From the NCBI RefSeq assembly GCF_009914755.1, contig NC_060937.1: a DNA stretch of 64,000 nt. One strand, written 5' to 3'. Numbering within the stretch: the stretch's first letter is position 1; each line of letters starts with the position of its first letter. Made by a program: the position numbers and the translations under genes. Below, one piece after another: positions 42,047 to 56,010 of this stretch. This stretch comes from the human T2T-CHM13v2.0 reference genome, Homo sapiens. The notes below the pieces were generated by a model. It made no database searches. It saw only the letters and a list, made by a program, of their open reading frames with translations, and had not been told where the DNA came from.

Positions 42047-42408
42047 TGTATTAGTCCATTTTTATACTGCTATGAAGAAATACCTGAGATTGGGTAATTA
42101 AAAGAAGAAGAGGTTTAATGGATTCACAGTTCCACATGGCTGGGGAGGCCTCACAATCATGGCAGAAGGTGAAGGAGGAGCAAACCCATGTCTTACATGG
42201 CGGCAGGCAAGAGAGTGTATGCAGGAGAACTGCCCTTTATGAAACCATGAGATCTCATAAGACTTACTCACTATCATGAGAACAGCATGGGAAAAACCCT
42301 CCCCCATGGTTCAATTACCTCCCATCAGGTCCCTCCCACGACATGTGGGGATTATGGGAGCTACCATTCAAGATGAGACTTGGGTGGGGGAACAGCCAAA
42401 CCTTACCA
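42047..42408 (-). mobile_element. THE1 (THE1C-like) MaLR solo LTR
   Basis: 362 bp with TG...CA ends and canonical THE1 blocks (CAGTTCCACATGGCTGGGGAGGCCTCACAATCATGGCAGAAGG). Perfect 5-bp TSD ATAGG at 42042 and 42409. Confidence 0.96.
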
Positions 42409-44939
42409 ATAGGAGTTATTGGAAGTAAGCTAGGAGAGAAACGATGGTGGGTTGGACTAGTATAGTGATAACAGTCGTGAAGAGAAATGAGTGGATTTGA
42501 GATACGTGTTGGCATTAGCATTGGCAGGTCTTACTGAGGGGGACTGGATGACACATTGCAGCAGGAAGAGAGGAAATAAGGATGGAACTTAAATATAATG
42601 GCAAGGAGTTAAGGAAAAGTCCTACTAAATTCTGTTTCTGGAATTATCAATGCTATTGTTTTATATAAATGGACATTGGAGTTTATGATATGATATTGTC
42701 ACTTGGAAGTACAACCACACAGGAAGGAAATTTGTGCTGGGAATATTAAAAATGTCTTATCACTTTTCCTATCCCAAATGTAGACACAAATTCAGTCATT
42801 GATACACACTGGATATTTTTTCTTTTGCAGGTCTCTCTTATCTTTACTCAATGCACTAAATATATAAATAAATAGATGTGGTATTTGTTGTTCCTTAGTA
42901 ATGGGAAATAATGACAACCCCCGCCCCCCACCACTGGCCAGCATTTGACCTGAATGTCTGTACATTTGCTTAGCTTTCCAAAACAGTGCAAGGTTTCACA
43001 AAGATAAGACAGTTCATTTACATAACCCGGAATAATTTGGCTGGCAAACTCAAGGAGATATAGTATATGGATCAAGTTTAACAAATTCATTTGGATTGGC
43101 TGAGTCCCATACGTTCCTTGTGCTTGCAGAGAGGGTCCCATCTGTTCAGCTCTTGGCCAGAGACCATCGAGCCTGTGAGCATTGAAATTTCTTATTGCAA
43201 AGGCCCAGTATTTCATAACTGGTTTATGGTACCCCAGATACTCACCAGTAACATTGTTAATTAGTAGCAACATGAGTAGCCATTATTCTAGAACTGTTAC
43301 CTGCCTGTTATGAATGTATTTAGATAGTTTCAAAAGCCAACACATTCCTTTCTTGCATTTATTTCCCCTTTTGCATCATGTTTATTTTATTACTCAAAGA
43401 TTCCTTTTCCATTGCCCTCCAACTAGTTAGCCCAGCATATGAAGACCCTTTTAATGCCTCTACAATATCTCCTATAGAATTGTCATTCCTTAGTCTCTGA
43501 GAAGACCTCTCTTTGCCCGTTGAATTAGACTACCTGACGTTTCTTTAACACATCCTTATTTTCTACCCTTTGCAGCTTTGCTCCTTGGGTTCTTTCTGTT
43601 TGGAATTACCTTTATACTCCTCTAATCCCCACCTGTCACAAATTATGCTCATTGCAAATGCTTACCTAATGCTCCATCCTTTGATCTACTCATATTTTCT
43701 TTCTTCCTCTCTTTGGATATTTCACTTCTAACTTCTCATCCTTGCTATATATCCACGTCACCTCTTCAAATTTCCTTTAGTGTCAACAGGGTGCCTTACA
43801 AGTAGGATGGTGCCAGTTGGGATTTGATGACTTTAACTGAAATTTTGATATCCAGCTATCATCTAAACATGAGCAACAGTAAAAGAAATCATTTCAGGGA
43901 AAAATGTGGAAATAACCCACCTCCTCCACTTCCTACTTCCCAGCCCTAAAGGGATCATGCTGCCATCAAGGCCATTCTAGCCTTTTCATCTTTGCTGTTC
44001 TTCTGTGGTCAAACTGGCCCCGCCTCTTTGTTTTCTGAGTGGAAAATAAACACAAAGAGGGACATTTCCTGCAAGTGGGCAGGGCCAGAAGAGGCCAGGT
44101 ATAGCTTCAGCATGGCTGCCTCCAGAGAACCTAGTAGACTTGTCATATCCCAACGCAGGCTTTTTCTTGGATTATATTGTTTCCCTTTGAATTCTCCAAA
44201 ACCTGTCAGTGTTTTCTTCCTTATCTCTCTTGAGGGCAGCCAGTTAATCTAAGATTAGCCTGACAGCCCCTATTTTCCAGGTCTCTGGTTTCATCAATAA
44301 AGTAGGCTACATCGTTTCTGAGCCCCATTTCCTCCTCTATAACCCTGCTCTCTTCATCCATATTGTGGTTTATTCTTTCTACAGCCTGCTCCATCCATTT
44401 TTGGTTCTGTTCCCGTGTCCTATTTCCACTATTGAATAGGAGTATTTAATTCAATAATTGCTTTGACTGTAAAAGGTTGACAATCCCTGAGCCTTTTGTG
44501 CGATATTTTCACCTCATTGCTCTTCTGGTTACCACCAGGGACTTTGAGATGAATGAGTCGAGTGACCAGCAGCCTCACTCAGGATTGCTAATAATTGTCA
44601 TCTTTACTTTCTCAGTGCTAATGGTAAACTTATAAAAGCCTTTCACTTATCACAAAAGCCTATTTTCTAGGGAATTTAGGAAAGGTAATGAAGACCCCTA
44701 CTTTTTTTTAAACTAGAGGCAATATGCCTCAGTGGAGAATGCATAAGGTAATTCTTTCTATTTATGTTGATGTCATGCTTTTTTATTCCTATTTTTATAT
44801 GCTTTAAAAATGTGTATGAAATATTAGCCTAGTAAGAGAAGAACAGAATTATAAAAATGCATCCACTGATACTGAATGCTCAAGATGATTTCATTGAGAA
44901 GGGTATGTGATTAAAATGTTGAGGGCTTGCTGGATTTCA

Positions 44940-45190
44940 GAACATCCTGTCTGGAGTCAGACCTGGATTCTCAGCTCCTTGCCTTATCAGTCTTCTACTT
45001 GTGTGACTTTAGAAAAGCCCTTTAGTCTCTCTGGGGCTTATGATGATCACCACCAAATTGAAAGACAAACTGTTTCACAGGGTTGTTAAAAGGATTCAGT
45101 GAGATAACACATGTGAAGCTAGCAAGTACCTGGCATGTATACTTGTTACTATGGTTATTTTTGTTGTTGATGATATCATTATTGCTGTTG
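44940..45190 (+). mobile_element. MIR
   Basis: CTGGAGTCAGACCTGGATTC...TGTGTGACTTT...CACAGGGTTGTTAAAAGGATTCAGTGAGATAA. Confidence 0.8.
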
Positions 45191-48100
45191 CTATTGTAGT
45201 ATTATATTTTGAGTATAGCAGGGGGCTTGAGCCTATCTGCATCCCGAGTAAACAGCATCTCATACCAAACACATGGAAAAAAACTCTAAATGAATGAAAA
45301 AAAATTAAAAATTAAAAAACTGCATGCACATACTCTTTCCCACATCAAAATTAAGAATAGTAATATATTTTGTAATGTATTTGCATAACTTTTGAAAGAA
45401 AAGGAACAGAGTCATTCATTGGAGTTTCATACACCCACACAAAAATAAAACCCCAATGAATGCATAATGCATGCAATAGGGCCATTTTGTTGGTAAAATT
45501 AGCTGATGATGGATTTTCTTTGGTATTTTCACCACAAAACTTTTAAAGATGATGTTTATGATAAACCTATTTTTTATTAAATTTTACCACGTCTTGTTTG
45601 GCTTTAAAGTGATGTTCTGGTACAAGATATCTTAAAGAATAAAAAGCTTACTGTGCATTTCTCCAGCATGTTTGCTGAGATCTGAAGTGTGTAACAGAAT
45701 TCTTCAGTGAGGTAAAGAAAAGTTCACCATAGTTTGCAAGACTGGTTCATGTGGAATTTATAAGAATGGACTGACCAGCATGCCCTTTTAAAATTCCGTA
45801 GTTAATCTCTTTATTGAAAGCTGCTGGACTACTTGATTAAGAAAGCTTTATGGAATGACTGCTTTTAGTGTCACACAAATGAAGCTGAACTGTTGCTAAG
45901 TAAATCACTGTAGATCAAAGTACTTTGTAGTCAGAGAACTGCAGTTCATTTTTTTTTCATTAAGTTTTAAAGAGAAGGTGAAGGGTTGAAGAATGAAACA
46001 CACCAAATTTGACATCTATGATGTCCATTTACATTCATGCACTTCTTTAAGCATCTAATCTGAGTGATTAGGCAAGTAGTGCAGTAAAGCATAAATGGGC
46101 AAGTGTAAAGCTGAATGAATTAATACTTGTTTCCTGTATATAATTGCCCAGATCCTTCCTAGCCATTAAGAAATCAGTAGGCAAGTAGAGAACACTTCGG
46201 GTGCTCCCAGGAAAACTGAAGTGGCACTACTGTTGACTTCTCCATGCTTTAAAATCCCTATTCTCATATTTACCTGATCTGTAAGTGTCTGCAAGACCAT
46301 GGGTGACAGTTTCCCTGTGATGTGAGGGGTTCCAGGGAATGATATTTTTGCCTTTTATGTCCCCAAGTGTAGAAAGTGCATCTCTGTTGCCCCAGTGTCT
46401 AAAGTAGCGTATGAATAAATTTGGGTGGAATAAATGAATACATGAACCTATGTTTTACTGGATTAGGATGACAATGAGGAAAGAAGTGAGAAAAAAGGAC
46501 AAAAAGAATGGACAGAAAATGGAAACTGAATCTACCATAAGTTTTCTACATGGGTTTTAGTTCCATAGTTTGAATTTACTTGCTGTGAAAAGTTCAGGCA
46601 TTGCTCTGTTGAAATTTTTGGATAGTGTATAGCATTATGTAGATACATTTAGTCATATAATTTCTAAATAAAAATATCATGAACTAGGTATGTTTATTTC
46701 TATAAGTTTGTTATGTTATCATCTTTGTTAATACTTTCAATGTATCCATTCGGTTGATTGGTCATACATAAATGATAAATCAAAACTAATTTCTTATCCT
46801 ACATGTTCCACTGGTGATAAGAACTGTAGCTAAGAAGTGTCAAAATTTTAAAGATATTAAATCTTAGTCATTTATTGATGTTCTTTTTGAACATGTAGGG
46901 GAGAGGATTTACAGAAGCATCAAACTGAACCAAGTAAGACTCCACACTAAAGTTTTATAGAAGTATGTATGAACAAAATAAATTCTTTAATAGTGAACTA
47001 ACTTATGAAATGACCTTACATTGCATTAGATGAAATAAACGGTCTAAGTTTGGGATTATTTCTGCTAACATGACTGGGTCAGAAAGAAATAATGTCTTCA
47101 TGCTTGACCATCTTCAAGTTTTGTGGTGAGATTTTTTTAAGTTATCTTCCTGATGTTGCAAGATATTACAAATGCATTAGCAAATACTGTCTAATTTGAA
47201 ATGCATAGCCCTATCATAAAACATGTGGTGAGAGAAATGATTTTAGCCCCAAGTCTTCAGTATCACAGTGACCAAAGAAATGCTCTCTCAGTTGTTATTT
47301 TTGTCATGAGAGGACATGAGAAGCAATCTCCCCTTCCCCTTCCCGGGAAGCCCCAACATCGAGTCTAATGCTTCCTATATCATGCCCAATCGAACAAACG
47401 TGCTAGCCAGTATGGAAGGTCTTCCTTTCTTCATCTTTAGAAATGGTGCACTTGCTACTGTAGAATTCTAATCCATGGCATTCTGTAGCCTGCAAGCTTT
47501 GATCTTTATTAGTTTCATAATCATAACACAAGTCTTCAATGCACTCCAGGCTCACTCCAATGAGAGGTGATTATATGAAAGTAGTAAATGCTCTGAGTGA
47601 CTGAGTCCTCCCAAAAGCTTGCTGGGGAAGACAGCAGGGCAGGCTTTCCAGTGTTTTTATGAAACATGAGTCATCCTGAGATGGACTATGCAAAAGCAAA
47701 GTCCCAGGAGTAAACCAGTGTGGGCAAAGCTTCAGGTTCTGTTTTGCAGGATGCACAATGCCTTCCCCAAGTAAAGATCCTGAGATGTCCTACAGTTTTA
47801 AAGCCCCTTGACAGTTTATTCCCTACTGCACAACATTTTTCACCATGGAACTATTTCCTCTGGCATAATGTTTTTTAATATACCATAGTTTGGAAAACAC
47901 TCTCTTGTGAAGGATACAAAAAAGGACCTTGTATTTTGGGCCCAAGAAGGTGAACCAAAGTCCCCGTGGTGTTTTCTTCAGCATGTAGGTACTAATTGGG
48001 CAACATGACTAGTATGTGGTTTGTTCTAGTTGGATGTAAATTGCAAATTAATATACAGTCTCAACATCATTAGTAACACATCCTTATAAACAAGAGACTC

Positions 48101-49948
48101 AAGTTTGAGAATTAAAGAACTTCTTCAATGTCTTGCCAAGTAGATTGTGAATTTTTGTATTAGATAAAAGTCCTTTGCAATTACATAATCATTGTAGGCT
48201 TCATTATCTACATTGCATTTTTCAGTCTTTCTAACCCTTCTGCCCTCTTACTTGCATTATTTATTTGTATGTAAAGATTTTGTTCGCAGATGAAGAGGAT
48301 GAGGTTAATTGTTACCCTGCCTCTGATTAAAGTATCAGGCACTGCAATCCACATTAGTGTTGTTCACATGATTTGGTCAAGCATTTTACTCTGTGGCACC
48401 CAGAAACAATTTCAGAAACAAAAAGCAAACCTGCTCTTTCCCTTTCTGATCAAAGCAGTTTGGAAAAGATTTTGTCTTTTAGTGATGCTTTTGATAGACT
48501 GCAAAAATATAAAGTTAAGCAGATCTCAGTTGGATAAAACATTCTGTCATACTAACTTTTTTTCTTCTACTAGCAGCAAAGAAAGCCCATACAAATTTAA
48601 TGAATAGAAGCTGGAATCACATTTCTTCTTAGTTTGGTCTTTTATTTCCTCCCTTAGGCTTAGTATAAATGAGTAGAGTCACAAACATGGGATATTTTTT
48701 TCCCCTCCATAGAGAATACATAGGTCACTAATGTTACCATTTTGTGTCTGAAATAACATTCTGCTTAGAGATGCTTCCAGTCAGTCACCATCAAAGCATT
48801 AGCCCCAGTTTGACTGTGTCTGAGTCCTTGAAAGAATAATGTGCCGAGATGTAACATTACTTTTACTCTGTATGATATATTCTGGGTATCAACATAATTT
48901 GGCCTTTACTAGTTCAGAAGAGAAATGAATTCGGTCATATCTAATGTGCACTGATAACTGCTCTCAAATTAGGAACTCATTTGACAAGTTCTTTGAATCT
49001 TTTGCCAAAATTTAAGGAGTTTGTTGATCTTTGTAGTCTCCCAGAACATGTTAGCTTTTTTTTTCCCTGTAAAAGTAACTAAGTTGTATCATTGATGACA
49101 TGCCATGAAGATTTTCAAGAATCTATCCTGTTTTAAATAATAATGAGTTTCAGAAAAATTGATTTTGCTTTGTGCACAAACTATAAAAAGCCTTATTCAT
49201 TAAACAGATTAGTTCTTCCTCTGCAGGCTACACTAAATGTTGGGTATAAAAATGTATAATGCCTAGAAAGTGCATTTTAGATGATTATTTTAATATAATC
49301 TCCGTGTGATTAATTTGCCAGGCTGACTATGTAGGCTGATACATCCGATCTGGAGATATACCAAAGTTTAAAACTTTTAAGGGAGCATATTTAGAAAGTT
49401 TCAGTTAAATCTTTTAAAACATATTAATCTTTTAAGAATATTTACAATAGTACTAAAAGATGCTTCTTCACTCTACATAGAAAAATAAATATTTTAAGTC
49501 GAGTGAGTTTTGGCTTTCTTTCTCATTTTAATATTAATGTTCCTTGTATCAGACACCAGTTTTAATTTTTGCATCCTTATACTAATATGTTGCAAATATA
49601 TTTGTGCCAAAAATCAAAGACAACTTGAATTCAAACTAATATAAAATATAAATGTTAATTAGTGAATCATATTCAATGGCCATTAGGCAAACCTATAATT
49701 TATGTCAAGTATTGGGTTAAATGCTAACTGATAAAAATTAAAAGTCATATAAATGAGTGCTCTCTTGAAATTGTATGTGTTATTGTGTTTTTACTTTTGC
49801 TTTATTTTAATTTTCACAACAGTCTTTTGAGACAGTACTTATTCTATTTGTCCACTTAATAGATGTGGAAATAGGCTGATCCCAGGGAAGTAAAATGGGT
49901 ATATTATATAATCAAATCATTTTTGGTTTTAAAAGAAAATAAATTCTT

Positions 49949-50268
<320 letters not shown>

Positions 50269-51214
50269 CTATGACAATTAAATATTTTGGTTACAGAGTC
50301 TGAAATACACCCTTTAAAGCACATAGTAATTTGCTTGGACAGATAATTACAAAGCACTAACCTACACTATTTTTAAAATATCAAGGTGATCTGGACCTTA
50401 AGGGCCTAAATTATTTCTGATCTTAAGAATTTTCCCAGTTCATTTCTCACTGTGGTCTATTAGTAATCACAGCTGCATTGTAGAATATTTTATACGAAGA
50501 CCCAGAGAATCTTAAGTAGATCAAAATATATCTGGACTATAAACCTTATGAGAAAAGCTAGATCAAGTATTAAGGATATATTAATTCACCTTCCATTCAA
50601 CTATGTGTATCAGATTGATGTTGGTCTATCCCTTAGGTTGGAAGGGTCTCACTAATTTGTGAGTTTTGTTTTATATATTCTTTTCTTTTTTTAACTTTTC
50701 AGATGATGACAAAAAGTCACACACACATACACACAGACAAAAATTCACAGAGGCACAGGTATATAGCATATAAATGAAGTAGTTGAACCCTGAAAATTTG
50801 AATCAGGAACTTCTTTTTTATAAAGTATAACAACAGTAATAAACACATGTCTTAATGTAATACTACTTGGTATGGACAGAATTGGATACAGAAAGTAAAA
50901 AGACATTTTCTATAATAAAACAGTGGTATTATGCTTAAAAAAATTTGAATACAAGTATGTTAAATTAGTCTGATAAACAAGAAACAGCATTCCCAACAGG
51001 TGGAATATTAATTTCATCCTGTTTATAATAGTAGTTGCAGTTAAACAAACTAAGCTAATATTATTATATTCTCAATGATTAATATCTCAGGCATTTTGCT
51101 GTAAAATAAAAATATAAAATGTGTAGGGCAACATTTTGGAAACATTTTGCTACCCTGCAAAGTGGATGATAACAATTATAAGGTGATTATTTTAAACATG
51201 ATTTAGTTGTCAAA

Positions 51215-51570
51215 AAAGAGTCTGGGAAGGGTAGGGGGAAGGCAGGGACAGGGAGAGAGTTGTTAAAGGATACAAAATTACAGCTAGGTAGGAGGAATAC
51301 GTTCTAGTGTTCAAAGCCATTTTAGGATAACTATAGTTAATAAAAGCACATTACATAGATTCAAATAGCAAGAAGGAGGATATTGAATGTTCCCAACACA
51401 AAGAATGGTAGATGGACAATTGAGATGATTGATATGCTAATTACACTGATCTGATGACTATATATTATATGTATGGAAATGGCACTAAGTACTCCATAAT
51501 TTGTACAATTACTATATGTCAAACAAATAATGCTTAAAAATTAAAAATATAAACAAAACAAAACACAAAA
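51215..51570 (+). mobile_element. L1MA-type 3' UTR fragment
   Basis: GGATACAAAATTACAGCTAG...TGAATGTTCCCAACACAAAGAA...GATATGCTAATTAC plus an A-rich tail. Confidence 0.88.
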
Positions 51571-51864
51571 AGCCCATCTCTAATTGGAACCACCGTTGAT
51601 TACGTTAGCTGCTGCATTTGTCTTCACTTTTCTGAGTAACACTTGGGATTTGAAAACCATGACAATTAAAAGGTAATTATTAAGGATAAGCATAACATTT
51701 AGGGTTCAAATCTATTAGAAGCAGATTTTTTCAGTAGAAAAAATTCAAGTTTTTGGTCCGTATATAACCACTTGTTCTTGGCAGCGTAAAAGGAAACCTG
51801 CAAAACTAATATAAATTATTTAATTTCACAATTTTTGACAACCCACTAAATGGTGGCAAATAAT

Positions 51865-52060
51865 TGGAGGATGGGGAAATCAGGAGTAATTACTTAATGT
51901 AATTAAGGGATGTTCCCTTTTGAGGTGATAAGAATATTTTGGAAGTAGATAGAAGTGATGGTTGCACAACACGGTAAATTTACGGAACACCAATGAATTT
52001 TCACCTTAAAATAGCTAATTTTATGGTATGCGAATTTCACTTTAGTAAATTATCTTTTAA
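51865..52060 (+). mobile_element. L1MB-type 3' UTR fragment
   Basis: TTTGAGGTGATAAGAATATTTTGGAAGTAGATAGAAGTGATGGTTGCACAAC. Confidence 0.8.
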
Positions 52061-52319
52061 AGAATGCATGCATTAGTATTCCAATAAAATTTTATTTACA
52101 AAAATTTATTCTTTTTAAAATTGAGCATTATACACTTCATAAATTATTGTTAATATAGCAATGGGGATTGTTTAAGGTTATGTTTAGATTATGGTAGTTT
52201 ATAATTTCTTATATGAAGTACCTAACATTTCAAACAATTGAAATTCTATTTAGCTTGGTAAATTCTGGCCATTTATATTTTACGAATTTTGTTGTGCAAA
52301 TTGGGTTTGCTGAATTTGA

Positions 52320-53240
52320 AGTGCTTGAGCAGATGATGCGGATGTCTGGGGAAAAATCATTCCAGGCATAGGTAGCATCCTATGAGGTGAGAGCCTGCTT
52401 GACATTTTTGAAAAACACCATGGGGATCAATTTGGTTGGGTTGGAGGGAGGAGTGGGGAGTGGAAGGAAGAGAATTTATAGAGAGGTAAGCAGGTCCCAG
52501 ATTTCGCAGATCTTGGAAGGCCTGTTAAGTCCCTTTAGATTTTATTCTAAATAAGATAGCAAATCTCACGGTGTCTGAGCAGGGGAGGGTCTTAATCAGA
52601 TTTACACTGCAAATACAATTGCTCTGATTACTGTGTGATGAGTAGACTTGGTGAGGACAGAGTGGGCAGAGATAAAATCAAGAAGACAATTAGGAAGCGC
52701 TTGCAGGAGTCTCTAGCTCCTTGTGTGGTCATGGAACAGACATTATCTCCAGGTGATTTATACAAACATTCAAGTTTGGGAAGTACTGGCATAGGTAAGA
52801 GTGGCTTCGGATAGGGTAGTACAGGCCAAGGTGTTAACAAGTGGTGGGATATTGCATGTACTTCTTTACATTATGATTTGCTGATGTATTGTATATGGGT
52901 GTGAAATTTGGGAAGGATAAATGGAGGTGCTTTTTACTACCAAAGAGGAAACTGAGGGGTTTCTTGGAGGGCTTGGAAATCAAGAATTTGGTTTGAGATG
53001 CCTTTAGGCATACGATAAAGTAATTTGGAAGCTGCTAGCATCATGATGGTTTTGAAAGCTGTGGGATTAGATGCCTTCACCTGGAGGAGTAGCTAGAAAA
53101 CAGTGAGTCTGAGGACTGAATTCTGAAACACTCCAACAGGGCCTCAGAAAGTAGAGTAACATCCAGAAAAGAACACTAACAATGAGTGCCAAGTGATGTT
53201 TGTGGCATAATAACTAGGAGCATGTGGGGTCCTGGTGTCC
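52320..53240 (-). mobile_element. L2 fragments
   Basis: CATTCCAGGCA, TTTAGATTTTATTCTAA, GAAATCAAGAATTTGGTTT, GTGGGATTAGATG and CTGAGGACTGA blocks in L2 order. Confidence 0.75.
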
Positions 53241-54103
53241 CTCGATGAGCATCAAAGAACTCATGAACTTCTCGTAAAATTATCAGTTGACTCATATGTT
53301 TCACCCATTACACTCTGAGCTCTTTAATGCAGTGTCTCAACAAAGTCGGGCATTCAGAAGGTGTTTAAGAAGAAGCCAGCAGATAAATGAAGAACAATCA
53401 CTTGTTTTATGATAGTATATTACTTGGCATTTTTTGGACTCCTAGATTTATGCCTTGGTGAAGGTAATTTTTCAGCACGTGAGGCTGTCTGGGTCATCTG
53501 TTTTTTTGCTCGTGATTACTCACCTAAGTACTATAGGTAAGTTGGGCGGAAATCCTTGCTGTTATGTTTAATGTCCCTTGCCATTTTCACTGCATTAGTG
53601 TTCCCTCCTTGCTATTTGGATGTAAATATTCACCATTTTCACTTTCCCTGCTGTACTTTCTCATCTGTTTCTGACAAAATTCATATACATCTTTACCAGG
53701 AAAGCATATTTTATCTAAATAATAGCTTTAGTCACAAAGGTGTGTTTTTCTGATAGATAATCTGAGAGAAATGAGTGGAACTCTTGATGTTTTCCAAGGA
53801 ACTGATTTGGTAAATCAGATTTACTATATTATGATCTATTTTTCTAAAAATCCGACAAGAACTAAGAAGCAAGAAAATGCACTCAAGTCTAACCCTAAGC
53901 CTTTATCTGAAGCACGTTTGCTTTGACCATTAGTTTACCTCCCATAGATTTAGGGTAGAGGTCCCAGGTCTGTAACATTTGGTTATGGCTATCACTTGGA
54001 AAATGGCGACTAGCAATACAGGATGATGTACTGATCGGTGGCTGAGTTGTTCATGGTAAACTGCTACCCTCAGATTTTCTTTGCCAAGATAACCTTAATA
54101 TAA

Positions 54104-54464
<361 letters not shown>

Positions 54465-54567
54465 TTCTGTTGGTAGATTTAAGGTAGAAAAAAATCCTAA
54501 CATGTGTTATATGTTTAATAACCAAGGTTGGTTAGAATAAGTAGTTTGAAGACCTTCAATTTGTGAA

Positions 54568-54715
54568 GAAGGTTGTCCTGGCATTTCTCTGTCCAGCTGT
54601 GCGTGGACAGAGAATCCACCCACTTCAAGTGGGACAAAGAGATCCCAGGAGGGGAGTCTTAAAAAGCAAGTGGAAATTCCCAGGAAAGAGAAATCCCAGG
54701 ACCAGCTTAACCTTC
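54568..54715. mobile_element. MITE-like element with terminal inverted repeats (hAT-Blackjack/MER81-like)
   Basis: GAAGGTTGTCCTGGCATTTCTCT pairs with AGAGAAATCCCAGGAC[CAGCTT]AACCTTC. Internal GGGAC/TCCCAGG blocks are present. Confidence 0.55.
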
Positions 54716-55149
54716 CTGTGTTTTTATCTATCAAAAAATTAATGATAACCCTTTTATATTCAATTCAACAATCTAAAAAGTAATTCTTGATGAGCTCTTT
54801 TGTTCACAAAGCTTTGAATGTTGCAGAAGCTATAAGGAGTCATTGACTCCACCACCTGGCCTCAAGTTGATTACAGGCAGGAGAGGCAATTCATCCTCTT
54901 CAAAATATAAGCAGCCATTATTCATATCTTGATAAATATTAACGTTCCTCTCCTGTTTTTCTCCTTTTGCTTTCTCTTCTCCTTTATAATTTGAGTTGAC
55001 TTAAGTACTTATTGTACTCAAGATAAAAGCATTTTCGGGGGATAAATAGCCATTTTCTGCTGACGTGTATGACTGTCACTTAGAAGTGAAAGGTGTGTGC
55101 TACTGTAAGGCTACAGGGTAAGAACACACATGACACTAGGTGAAATAGG

Positions 55150-56010
55150 ATGTGACATAAGCTAAGTGATAGATTCAAAAAGAGGGCAGCTGTATTATTC
55201 CAGTCAAGTCAGGAAGGGTTTTTATGGAAAAGGCAGCATTTGGGTTGGCCTTAAAGAATAAATAGGGTTTGGGTGGTAAGAAGAGAAGTCAGGGAAAGTG
55301 AGCATTTAGATGTTTGCATCAAATGAGCAGATGAACTCCCATGGAGAGATCCACAATAGAACAGTTTGGGATATGGATAGGCAGACAAAGAATTCACCTT
55401 TATCAAGGTGAAGTGTTTCTTAACTCCAGAGGCTCTGAAATGTTTTGAAAGGCTTTCAGCAGAGAAGTGATGGAACTAGAACTATGCTGTAAGAAAATAA
55501 TTGTGCAGCAGTGTATTGACTGGGGTTCTGTGTGGGAGCTGGGGAACAGGGAGGTGTTGTAGCAGTCCAGTCTGGAAATGGTGATGTTCTGGGGCAGGGT
55601 GGTGCTGCACGTTATGGGGGAAGGGAAATAAAAAGGAAGTATGGGGTGCATGTGAGAAATGTTGGAGAAAGACATGGCAGGATGTGAGAAATAGGCCTTG
55701 GTAGTGGTTGGGTTAGGGGACAAGCAAATAGGACTGGGGCAGTGGATGGAGGCTCTGTGATATTGGACACAGGGAACTCAGAGAATGGTGGTGTCTTAGC
55801 TCGAAATAGAGACGCCATGAGGAAGACCTGGTTTAAAGGGGAGGAGGAGTTTAATCCTGAACTTGTATCCAAGGCATGTACAAGTAGGAATTTTCCACAG
55901 CCAGTTGTAAATATAATCTTGGCCTTTGCAGAGAGACCAGAGGTACAGAAGGAAATTTGGTCCTCATTTGTTGCAAGATAATAAACGGAGCTGGATGAAA
56001 TAACATCACC
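55150..56010 (-). mobile_element. L2 fragments
   Basis: AGTCAGGAAGGGTTT...GGCCTTAAAGAAT, TTGAAAGGCTTTCAGCAG, GCAGTCCAG and GGCCTTG blocks. Confidence 0.7.

Noticed and set aside
42848-43273. 141-aa minus-strand ORF in unique sequence
   Set aside because: It starts at TTG, has no recognisable domain, and its length is within chance expectation. A strong donor (CTG|GTGAGT) near its start would make most of it intronic.
48290-48303. Possible micro-exon ATGAAGAGGATGAG after TTCGCAG
   Set aside because: It is 14 nt (not frame-preserving) with a weak donor GTTAAT and a poor pyrimidine tract.
51224-51253. Canonical G-quadruplex motif
   Set aside because: It derives from the normal G-rich tract of an L1 3' UTR.
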